DNA from: Candidatus Micrarchaeota archaeon
GTDB lineage: Archaea; Micrarchaeota; Micrarchaeia; Anstonellales; Bilamarchaeaceae
Assembly: GCA_013425455.1 (NCBI GenBank)
Contig: JACCLI010000077.1
Location: 1 to 51,203 of the forward strand
DNA: 51,203 bases
Direction: 5' to 3'
Shown here: positions 8,601-15,306 of the stretch, in pieces
Layout of the letters: every line of letters starts with the position of its first letter
Numbering within the stretch: position 1 is the first letter of the stretch
Position numbers and translations under genes: made by a program
Notes under the pieces: generated by a model
What the model saw: only the letters and a program-made list of their open reading frames with translations
Databases searched by the model: none
What the model was told of the DNA's origin: nothing

Positions 8601-9579
8601 GGCGGCTGCAGAACGGGCTGCTCCGGAAGTTGCGGAAGCGGAGGTTTCCGCGGCCGCAGGGAGGCCCAGCATTTCACTTGTCCCGCGTCCGCAGATGATG
8701 CCGGAACCGGAGGTGGCACAGCGCCTTAGGGAACTGCTCGGCATCGAAGAAGGGCAGGCCGCAACAATGGCACGCGAAGCCACGGCTCGAGGCGTGGACA
8801 TGGCCGAGAGGTTTCAATACATCCGGGACTTTGCAGAAGGGCAAGTCCTAAGGGCACTTCGAGCCCGTTTACTACAAGAACCCGAAGTCTTATATGGAGA
8901 GAAATTCTTTAAGGTGTTTAGCGATTTAGAAAAAAGTGTTCCAGATGCGATAGTAGCCGCGCATAACAGAGCCGGAATCAGGCCACCGGAGGAAGGGGTG
9001 GCCTTAACAAGGGAGGAAATCCGCAAGCTCAGTGATTTGGGGTTGGATTACTTCAGGGACCCCACTGTCCTGCTGCGGGACCTACGAGCTATTTCTAGGG
9101 CGCAAGAGCTTCCGGCTGAGCAGAGGCTGGCCAGGTATATAGACGACTATCAGACAGCCCCCCAAGGAATAAATACTGAAATAAGCACCACCACTGCAGG
9201 GGCTGTAGAGGCACTCCAAAGAATGGGATTCGAATTTGTAAGGGAAGTGAGGGGAAATCACGACGAGTATAGGCGTGCTCTTGCAGATGGAACAATCCAA
9301 ACAGTGGAACTGACCAGAAATCGTGATTATAGTGCTAAACTGCTTAGAACTTACCTACTTGATGATATACGGCGCGGCCAGCGGGAACATTTAATCGACC
9401 AGGGAAGGGAGAGGGAAGCATTCATTAATGAATTTGCCGAAGCTTTCCGCTCGCCACGTTCTTACGAACCGCCGCCGCAGATAACGCTGGCGGAGGCACA
9501 AGAACTTGCCCGGGCAAGGGGTGAGACAAGAAGGGCTGCCGGACAAGAAGGAAGAAGAAGACGTGCTGCGGGGGAGTGA
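5635..9579 (+). CDS. Giant (1314 aa) multi-domain protein: long helical N-region, Gly/Ala-rich TM cluster, Pro/Ala linker, HicA-like C-terminal domain
   Basis: Single uninterrupted ORF. Hydrophobic Gly/Ala-rich helices at about nt 7810..8390 (e.g. VAKIAFWTGLAITGAYVGIRVAGG). A PA-rich linker at about 8450..8700. Nt 9202..9378 encode AVEALQRMGFEFVREVRGNHDEYRRALADGTIQTVELTRNRDYSAKLLRTYLLDDIRRG, which follows the HicA/YcfA pattern (L..GF..vR..GSH......g..v.v........tl..il...g). Confidence 0.8.
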   Translation: MPAGALMEQPGTSAAHMVEETQAMAAALRSQLSQNSNALAGTPCPADIFSGLDGLAEERVHQFESFVRGESFSVSGSGMGRENLERLQGISAALEQYGIVVEVDPEGGSFTLTNNNYIPLSVITEETRVALAEANNFASGCLEQADSLISQGRLGEADAYLRWAGAIQARYSEYVEGARFLDELFSEKDGLSSLPSEGIDDPGRAREKLSEIVGYPISAQDFPAEFERRMGVSWEDFKDRGFASLVVRSIDDAIGKMQEGLSALETRLREMCAASSEAIIGADMQAYLPPQEYLEDVLFARDSALFSTGIKKDILTVTEVRDVAGKLRDERFEGVHESDLLDMLDEERDRIKGMYVEAASNLVESILLKALIPVGEGAERNAEMESNYARAQEARLRGAEFLARGEGMIPGLNAKYALASRYAGVQDALMANDFGNVGTSDREELITERNNLVDEISRAVREGGEVENLEGRMASLDRSYTYMQIRDFWAAYQFEGVEGVAGKFRLERDRDALLDSLEASLQSGSEIVNLDARQGELLAMHERCAAYELLVKTIYASQKERIEGIQNQFYEWNDSVEYNLNRIPGEVRGIIATPGFEFASTGDYCVDTNALLADYTQTKRQIKNDMYGLRDEVRIGLGALLGNLDAWYNEAMGYAPVDIELDDSGDNITNLRERFSFDTNPALARLRDIHQNTEVAAAHLSERIAVINNPFNQMVNELNKIVESQRTIAAMYQLASALDLVSTATVGILAVWNLPTVFAAGRSIANAGRSALASIEAVSPAVATGIRLGATGLSLGLSAYGGVKFSEGVSRLRSAETAEEKVAAAEQMFEGALWIGSLGFASRLSPELLRTARAMSVGLDLASIAAIAPSVASLGYAMSERGDVSGWDVAKIAFWTGLAITGAYVGIRVAGGMRAVAREGAEIAGEAKIISIDEFARAIREAPPPQGARVAAEAAAPPAPFVREAEAAAPPGAVVPERVPAPRTTPAGPAAAERAAPEVAEAEVSAAAGRPSISLVPRPQMMPEPEVAQRLRELLGIEEGQAATMAREATARGVDMAERFQYIRDFAEGQVLRALRARLLQEPEVLYGEKFFKVFSDLEKSVPDAIVAAHNRAGIRPPEEGVALTREEIRKLSDLGLDYFRDPTVLLRDLRAISRAQELPAEQRLARYIDDYQTAPQGINTEISTTTAGAVEALQRMGFEFVREVRGNHDEYRRALADGTIQTVELTRNRDYSAKLLRTYLLDDIRRGQREHLIDQGREREAFINEFAEAFRSPRSYEPPPQITLAEAQELARARGETRRAAGQEGRRRRAAGE

Positions 9580-9583
9580 TGAT

Positions 9584-9859
9584 ATGAAAAGGGCGATAAA
9601 AGTTGGGGATTACACTGCATATGTGGAGCCATATGGAAAGAGTGGCCAGATACGCATCACAATCAAGGAGCTGCCAGACTGCTCAGGCGTATACGATAAG
9701 GATTATTCAGGGATTGTGCCCGATGTGGCACGGAGCCTTATAGCAAGGAAACTGATTGAGATGCGCGCAGAGAGGCTTGAAAAGAAGCGCCCGAAACTGC
9801 GCGTAATAAATGGCGGAAAGGACGAACAAAAAGAAAAGGGAACGCCGCAGCGCAATTAG
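9584..9859 (+). CDS. Small protein (91 aa), HicB-like antitoxin/immunity candidate
   Basis: ATG at 9584 lies 5 nt after the giant gene stop and is preceded by GGGGAG. The ORF-track start at 9506 overlaps the giant gene and was rejected. YTAYVEPYGKSGQIRITIKELPDCSGVYDKDYSGIVPDVARSLIARKL resembles the HicB N-domain pattern (..v.fPdlPGC.t.G.t.eeA...a.eal). The C-terminus is a basic tail. Confidence 0.55.
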   Translation: MKRAIKVGDYTAYVEPYGKSGQIRITIKELPDCSGVYDKDYSGIVPDVARSLIARKLIEMRAERLEKKRPKLRVINGGKDEQKEKGTPQRN

Positions 9860-9955
9860 CCTTTCATCCCTGTAATGCCATCTGCTGTCCGCATGCCCAA
9901 GCAGCACTTCTGCAAGTAAGGTTTATAGAATATTACTAAAAGAAAGGCGCAAGCG

Positions 9956-10651
9956 TCATTCCTGCCCGAACACCATTCCGCCCGGTGGCATCCGCAGATT
10001 TTGCGAAGAGGCATAATCCCTCAATTCAATCGCCATCGGAACCTCATCCGAAGGCATGGACGAAACCCTCATGTTCGCGATGGCCCACCATAGCCTGCTC
10101 GCCTGGTCTCCGCTTAGCCTAAGAGTTCCATCCTCCATCGCCTTGTGGAGTGAGCTTATGGCGCGCAGGACAGCATCAGTATCAACGACCATCAGGCCAT
10201 CGCTGCGTTCCAGATATGGGGGGCTTTCAATCGTTTTTATCGCCTGTTCTGTGAACACAAGATAATTCTGCCTGCCTTGTGGCATTTCCTCTGCAGTTGG
10301 CACCCTCGTGCCAATTGAATTATATGCATCCCTGAGGTCCGTGACGCTTCTTGCCTCCTCTACACTCATGCCTCCAATATTCATATTTAACAGGGCCATC
10401 CGCAGGTTTTGTTTTTGTTCATCACTGAGGACAAGGCTCCCATTCTGTATTCTCCTGTTGAGCTCGCCTATCGCTTCCATGACAGCCTGATCGTCCCGTG
10501 TCAGGTTGCCGTATCTTTCCACATAAGGCGGCTGCATCAGCAAATCAATAAGCTGGCCGCTCGTGCGGCCGTCCATCCTCTGCATGTCGCTCATCGGGAT
10601 GCGTTCCGGCCATTCCACCCCTTCCTTTGATTTTTGTACAGGCTGCGGCAT
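9956..10651 (-). CDS. Hypothetical protein with two tandem copies of the module shared with 4544..4993
   Basis: Internal repeat PPYVERYGNLTRDDQAVMEAIGELNRRIQNGSLVLSDEQKQNLRMALLNMNIGGMSVEEARSVTDLRDAYNS versus PPYLERSDGLMVVDTDAVLRAISSLHKAMEDGTLRLSGDQASRLWWAIANMRVSSMPSDEVPMAIELRDYASS. The start is moved to the ATG at 10651 (MPQPVQK). Confidence 0.65.
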   Translation of the reverse strand: MPQPVQKSKEGVEWPERIPMSDMQRMDGRTSGQLIDLLMQPPYVERYGNLTRDDQAVMEAIGELNRRIQNGSLVLSDEQKQNLRMALLNMNIGGMSVEEARSVTDLRDAYNSIGTRVPTAEEMPQGRQNYLVFTEQAIKTIESPPYLERSDGLMVVDTDAVLRAISSLHKAMEDGTLRLSGDQASRLWWAIANMRVSSMPSDEVPMAIELRDYASSQNLRMPPGGMVFGQE

Positions 10652-10657
10652 AATCAC

Positions 10658-10691
10658 ACCATGCAATATTCCTTCTCAATATTTATAATAT
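10658..10691 (-). promoter_or_regulatory. Conserved promoter/5'UTR block, copy 2 (overlaps the gatD stop codon)
   Basis: See 5000..5034. The TATA-like ATTATAAAT is about 35 nt upstream of the ATG at 10651. Confidence 0.5.
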
Positions 10692-11951
10692 CTCACTTCT
10701 TTCCGTTATCTCGCCAGCAATATTCCCCATCATCTCTTCCTTAACTTTCTCCACTTTTTTCTCGTGCCCCAGAACCCAGCACATCTTCGCATACGCGCAC
10801 TCCGGAGTCCAGTCAGCCAGATGCCCGAACACGCCCGCCTCCTGCAGCATCCTCCCAGCGGCATACATGTCCATGTTGATTCTCCCGAAAATGCACTGGG
10901 AGGCAAATGCAACAGGTATCCCCGAATCAACCAGCGCCTTTAGGTTCGGGGTTATCTTCTTCGCCAATTTGTCCCCGAACGGGTTCGTTGGAACGTGCCC
11001 TATTCCCGTCCCCACAATCACTATCCCGTCATAATCCGACAGTTTGTCCACGAACTCCGGATGTATGCCCGGATATGTATAAACCATCGCAACGTTCTCA
11101 TTTACCCTATTGTCAAATTTCAGCTTCCCGCCCCTTTCCTTGTATTTCATATATGGCTCAATCAGGGAGGAGCGGTAATCCACCTTCGCCAGCGGAGGCA
11201 CATTAATGGACTGGAACGCATCCCTCCTGGAAGTGTGCATCTTGCGCGCCTTCGTCCCTAGATGGATGAGGCACTCCTCGTCGTCGCTCGTCGCGTGCAT
11301 GCATACTCCCACATTCGCCATGGGGCCATTCGCGGCGGCAAAACAGGCGTTCAGCATGTTTATGCGCGCATCAGTCGAGGGGCGGTCCGAGCTCCTCTGC
11401 GAGCCCACCAGATAGATTGGAACGGGCGAGTCCTGCAGCATGAAGGAAAGCGCCGCGGATGTGTAATGCATCGTATCTGTGCCGTGCAGCACCACCACGC
11501 CCTTCACACCGGCATCTATTTCCTTTTTTATTTCCGAGGCTGCCACCGACCAGTGGGCCGGCGTCATGTCTTCGGAGAGTATCGCGAAAACCTCCTTTGC
11601 ATGGAAGGTGCAGATCTTCTCCAGCCCTGGGATATTTTTTGCCAAATCCTCCGGGCTCGTTGACGGAAAAACGGCGCCTGTTTTGTATTCCACCTTGGAT
11701 GAAACCGTGCCCCCGGTCCCTATGATTGCGACGTCCCCCCGTCCTGCTTTCTGGGCATGCTTACCGCTTCCGGCATCTTGTTTTATCTCCACCTCGCCCA
11801 GCTCCTCCACCTTCGCCCCTTCCTTCCTTATGCCCACATTGTAGCCGGAATCCAATTTGAGCACGAGGAATTCCTTTTTCGGGGAAGGAAGCAGGAGCCC
11901 CTCGTATTTCCTCCCTTTCGTTGTTATGCGGACGCGCTTCAGTTTTTCCAT
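10683..11951 (-). CDS. gatD: Glu-tRNA(Gln) amidotransferase subunit D (GatD)
   Basis: 422-aa ORF. N-terminal GatD-specific domain (RVRITTKGRKYEGLLLP) plus an asparaginase-like core (GTGGTVSS, HGTDTM). Confidence 0.95.
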   Translation of the reverse strand: MEKLKRVRITTKGRKYEGLLLPSPKKEFLVLKLDSGYNVGIRKEGAKVEELGEVEIKQDAGSGKHAQKAGRGDVAIIGTGGTVSSKVEYKTGAVFPSTSPEDLAKNIPGLEKICTFHAKEVFAILSEDMTPAHWSVAASEIKKEIDAGVKGVVVLHGTDTMHYTSAALSFMLQDSPVPIYLVGSQRSSDRPSTDARINMLNACFAAANGPMANVGVCMHATSDDEECLIHLGTKARKMHTSRRDAFQSINVPPLAKVDYRSSLIEPYMKYKERGGKLKFDNRVNENVAMVYTYPGIHPEFVDKLSDYDGIVIVGTGIGHVPTNPFGDKLAKKITPNLKALVDSGIPVAFASQCIFGRINMDMYAAGRMLQEAGVFGHLADWTPECAYAKMCWVLGHEKKVEKVKEEMMGNIAGEITERSEIL

Positions 11952-12122
11952 GGAACCATCACTCAGTTTCCACCATTGGGATTAAACAGATTAAATCCTT
12001 TCCATTTTCCGGAAAGGGGGTGCAAAAAAGTGATTTTGCGTGTTGTGTAATGTTAAACTGAACAACACCCCTTTTTTTAATGCCATCACGAATCCAATTT
12101 CGGAGTGGCAAGGAGGGATAAC

Positions 12123-12527
12123 ATGAAGGACATTTGCGTAGTTACAGACGACCGTGTGGGGCTTTTGGCCGACATATCGTACATACTGGGCAAGTCCAGG
12201 GTCAATATTGATTCAATAGCGGTAAGCTCAGTGGGCGGGAAGGCGGTCTTCAGCATCATGGTCAAGGACCAGGAGAAGGCAAGGAGCGTTCTGGAGGGCA
12301 ACGGCTTCAGCGTAAGTTCCGGGAACGTCATTTTCGTCAAGCTGGAGGACCAGCCCGGCAGGCTCGCAGAGATAGCAAAGCTCCTCTCAGGCAACAGGAT
12401 AAGCGTGGAGAACCTTCACCTAATCTCCAGGGACGGAAAGAACTCCATAGTCGGGATAACCGTCTCCAGGCCGAGGAAGGCGAGGAAGCTCCTCTCCGGC
12501 TGCCTGATTGAGAACGACCTCCCCTAA
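12123..12527 (+). CDS. ACT-domain protein (two ACT-like halves), paralog 1
   Basis: ATG at 12123 is preceded by AGGAGG; the track's GVG start at 12105 was rejected. DDRVGLLADISYILGKSRVNIDSI and EDQPGRLAEIAKLLSGNRISVENL are ACT-type beta-alpha-beta motifs. Confidence 0.8.
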   Translation: MKDICVVTDDRVGLLADISYILGKSRVNIDSIAVSSVGGKAVFSIMVKDQEKARSVLEGNGFSVSSGNVIFVKLEDQPGRLAEIAKLLSGNRISVENLHLISRDGKNSIVGITVSRPRKARKLLSGCLIENDLP

Positions 12528-12557
12528 CCTTTTATTTCTTCTTTAATTATTCTACTT

Positions 12558-12854
12558 ATGTATTCCAAAATGCACGAGCGGGGCGGGCAGAAGGTGCTCG
12601 CCGCATGCGACAGGGAGCTGATAGGAAAGGTCCTTGAGGAAAAGGGCGCATATCTTGACCTCGCCAAATATTCTTCTTTTTACAAGGGAGAGATATGCAC
12701 AGAAAAGGAGCTGCTCTCCATGATGCCGGAGGCCTCGTCCCTCAACCTTGTCGGAAAAAAAGCAGTGGCCGCGGGCATGAAATCCGGGCTCTTTTCGCAG
12801 AAGGAAGTAAAGTATATAAATGGCATTCCCCATATCCAGGTTTACAGGATATAG
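12558..12854 (+). CDS. DUF424-family archaeal protein
   Basis: 98-aa ORF. The VLAACDRELIGKVLEE...NLVGKKAVAAG...IPHIQVYRI pattern is typical of DUF424, assigned from memory of the family. Confidence 0.7.
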   Translation: MYSKMHERGGQKVLAACDRELIGKVLEEKGAYLDLAKYSSFYKGEICTEKELLSMMPEASSLNLVGKKAVAAGMKSGLFSQKEVKYINGIPHIQVYRI

Positions 12855-12863
12855 GGGGATATC

Positions 12864-13265
12864 ATGAAGGAAATAAGCATAATCACGGACGACCGCGTAG
12901 GGCTTCTTGCGGACATCTCTTACATTCTGGGGAAGGCGAAAATAAACATAGAATCCATCGCGGCGAGCGCGGTGGGTGGTAAGGCGGTCCTGAGCATAGT
13001 GGTGAGGGACTACGACCGCGCAAAGAGCGTGCTGGAGAACAACGGATTCAAGATAACCGCCGGCAACGTGATTTTCGTAAAGCTGGAAGACAAGCCGGGA
13101 ATGCTCGCGGAGATAGCGAAGATGCTCGCGGACGAAGGGATAAACGTGGAGAACCTTCATCTCGTCTCCAAGGACGGCAAGCATACTATAGTCGGGCTGA
13201 CTGTCGCAAACCCGAAGAAAACAAAGGGCTTACTCGCGAATTATCTGATAGAGAAAGACAGTTAG
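12864..13265 (+). CDS. ACT-domain protein, paralog 2
   Basis: 133 aa, collinear with 12123..12527 and roughly two-thirds identical by eye (DDRVGLLADISYILGKAKINIESI, EDKPGMLAEIAKMLADEGINVENL). Confidence 0.8.
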   Translation: MKEISIITDDRVGLLADISYILGKAKINIESIAASAVGGKAVLSIVVRDYDRAKSVLENNGFKITAGNVIFVKLEDKPGMLAEIAKMLADEGINVENLHLVSKDGKHTIVGLTVANPKKTKGLLANYLIEKDS

Positions 13266-13295
13266 AGATCCATCTCCAAGAGAAAACGCGGGGAG

Positions 13296-14291
13296 CTATA
13301 ATTCCATTTCCAATTCTTTCTTCTTTTTGTCCAGATTCCAGCCTTTTTCCTTTGCTATTCTTCCTATCTCCGCCAGCCCGCCTTTTTTATAAGCGGAGAG
13401 GAGTTCCTCCACCTCCGCATATCTTTCGAAAATAAGGTCGCCCTTCGCCTTCGTTTCCTTTTCTTCAATATCCAGCTCGCGCAGCCTTTCCTCCTGCTTG
13501 GCGAGCGTCTCCTCCAGTTTTTTCAGCTCGGGATTCCCCTCCTCCGCAACCCCGAAGCATTCGTCCAGCGCCGCGGAGAGGGATTCGAACGGCTCGCCCT
13601 CAGCAAATAGGGAATAGTCTGCCGGATTGCCTCCAACGATTATCACGGAAGGAGAGAGGCTCTCCATCCTCCTCGCATAAACCTCCGCGATTTTCTTCTT
13701 CTCCGCGGGCGCCAGCTCGCTCCCCTTCTTCGCTTCCGGCACCCCCGCATCAGCCAATATTTTTTTTACATAAGTTATTCCTATATTCAGCGGAATAAGC
13801 TCGCTGGCAATAGACTTATCCCCCAGGTTCTTCAGTATCCCGTCCAGTTCCCTCTCATCTGAAGGCGGAAAGGAATAATTCTCGCCCGGCTTCAGGCTCC
13901 TGTCCTTCCACTCCTTCTTCTCATAAACATAATTTATCTTCCCGTTCTCCACTAGCACCATGTTGCCGCCGCCGAACATCTCCGCGACCAGCTCCATCCC
14001 GCCAAAATCGAAAATGATTATGCGGTCCCGCCCCTTCTGCCGAACCTCCTTCAATTTCCTTCCGCCCAGTTCCTTGCGCACCTTCATCACGAAGCCGGTG
14101 GGCTCGGGCGCCCCCTCCAATAGTTTGGTAATATGCAGCCTTTTCCCCAGCGCAATCAGAACGCTGTCGCTCCCGATTTTCATCCTAAAAACTCCCGAGC
14201 GGAGCTCGTAGAACTTGTCCAGGTGCTTCCCTTCCATGGGCTTCAGCTCCCGGATGATGTACGTGTATTCGAGGTTCGCCATCGGGCGCAT
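13296..14291 (-). CDS. NFACT-N domain protein (Rqc2/FbpA-like), short form lacking the NFACT-R/C part
   Basis: LEYTYIIRELKPMEGKHLDKFYELRSGVFRMKI...RIIIFDFGGMELVAEMFGGGNMVLV matches the NFACT-N pattern. The protein ends within a Lys/Glu coiled coil at 331 aa. Confidence 0.7.
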   Translation of the reverse strand: MRPMANLEYTYIIRELKPMEGKHLDKFYELRSGVFRMKIGSDSVLIALGKRLHITKLLEGAPEPTGFVMKVRKELGGRKLKEVRQKGRDRIIIFDFGGMELVAEMFGGGNMVLVENGKINYVYEKKEWKDRSLKPGENYSFPPSDERELDGILKNLGDKSIASELIPLNIGITYVKKILADAGVPEAKKGSELAPAEKKKIAEVYARRMESLSPSVIIVGGNPADYSLFAEGEPFESLSAALDECFGVAEEGNPELKKLEETLAKQEERLRELDIEEKETKAKGDLIFERYAEVEELLSAYKKGGLAEIGRIAKEKGWNLDKKKKELEMEL

Positions 14292-14293
14292 GG

Positions 14294-15301
14294 ATGGATT
14301 TGGACGGCGGGTTTAATAACGGTTTCTTGGATATCCCGTGGGGTGCGCAATTGGAGGATCATTTACCGCTCCTCTCCGAAAAATTCGGGAAGGAGGAGGC
14401 GGAACGGAAAATAGATGCGAAAATATCTTCCTTCAGCGGCCTCCTTACGCGGGAGGCGGCGGCAAAGCTCATCGCGGCGGAGGAGGGGCTCCTGAAGGAG
14501 AGGATGCTCCCGATCTCCGGAATAACGGACGGCGCCCGGGACGTAAACATACGCGGAAAGATAAAGAAAATCTATCCGATGCAGGAATACCGGACAGGGA
14601 AGCGCTCCCGTTCCTTCATCCTCAAGGATGAAACCGGGGAAGTGGAGGTAAAGCTCTGGAACGAGGAAGCGGATTCCATATATCATTACCATCTGGGCGA
14701 TACGCTGAAGATAAGCAACGGGTACATCCGGAATAAAATACTCAACATAGGATACAGGGGAAAAGTCGAACTGGAAGGGAGGGAGGCGCTGCTCACCCCC
14801 TCCAATCTCCACGAAGGCATAATCTCCAGCAAGGCGAGGGTCTCAAGCATAGGCGGCAGGAACGGCGACGAGTTCCTTTTCTCGATTTCCGACGGGGAAA
14901 AAGAGGCGCGGGTGTGCATAACCCACATCCCGGAGCGCGGGGAGAGGCTCGCGGTGGGCGACGTTGTGCTCCTGGAAGGGGCGGAATGCGACGGGGAGAG
15001 GCTTTTCATGGGCGAGCATTCCCGCATGCTGGTGAAAAAAAATTCGCCGGACATCTTCCGCGGCGAACTCGGGGATTCCGAGGTTGGGAATGAGGGCGCC
15101 CGCATACGGGTTGGAGGCGAGGAATTCGCCGTCTCTCCCGAACAATTAGTTAGGTTTTTAAAGTTGGAGGGGCTAAAAAAGGACATAGACCTTCCCGCAG
15201 TGGCACGCATGAAGCTCACGGGCCTGAAGGGAAAGTGGGCCACCGTTTTGTTCGAGGCGAGGGAGGGCGCGAAGCACGCGAAGGACATTTCATTGAGGTG
15301 A
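14294..15301 (+). CDS. OB-fold ssDNA-binding protein, RPA-like
   Basis: The N-terminal helical segment EEAERKIDAKISSFSGLLTREAAAKLIAAEEGLL is typical of archaeal RPA-type proteins. An OB-like block follows (VNIRGKIKKIYPMQEY...RSFILKDETGEVEVKLWNEEA). The start codon is uncertain. Confidence 0.6.
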   Translation: MDLDGGFNNGFLDIPWGAQLEDHLPLLSEKFGKEEAERKIDAKISSFSGLLTREAAAKLIAAEEGLLKERMLPISGITDGARDVNIRGKIKKIYPMQEYRTGKRSRSFILKDETGEVEVKLWNEEADSIYHYHLGDTLKISNGYIRNKILNIGYRGKVELEGREALLTPSNLHEGIISSKARVSSIGGRNGDEFLFSISDGEKEARVCITHIPERGERLAVGDVVLLEGAECDGERLFMGEHSRMLVKKNSPDIFRGELGDSEVGNEGARIRVGGEEFAVSPEQLVRFLKLEGLKKDIDLPAVARMKLTGLKGKWATVLFEAREGAKHAKDISLR

Positions 15302-15306
15302 GGAAA

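Noticed and set aside
8430-8700. GC-rich Ala/Pro-coding stretch, considered as a separate gene or a repeat element.
   Set aside because: It is in frame within the uninterrupted 1314-aa ORF and reads as a flexible PA-rich linker with no exact nucleotide repeats.
3481-10666. Calling the gatE-gatD intervening block a bona fide mobile element or provirus.
   Set aside because: No integrase, transposase, capsid, terminase or conjugation gene is recognisable. Only scars and repeats are present, so it is reported as an accessory island rather than annotated as a mobile element.
15235-15306. N-terminal extensions in the ORF track. Affected ORFs are cdc48 from 15235, Bud32 from 18555, uS10 from 43068, KH protein from 36142, HicB-like from 9506, ACT from 12105 and the lipoprotein from 28542.
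   Set aside because: The extensions overlap upstream genes and lack family similarity. Internal ATGs sit behind Shine-Dalgarno-like or TATA-like signals and restore canonical N-termini.
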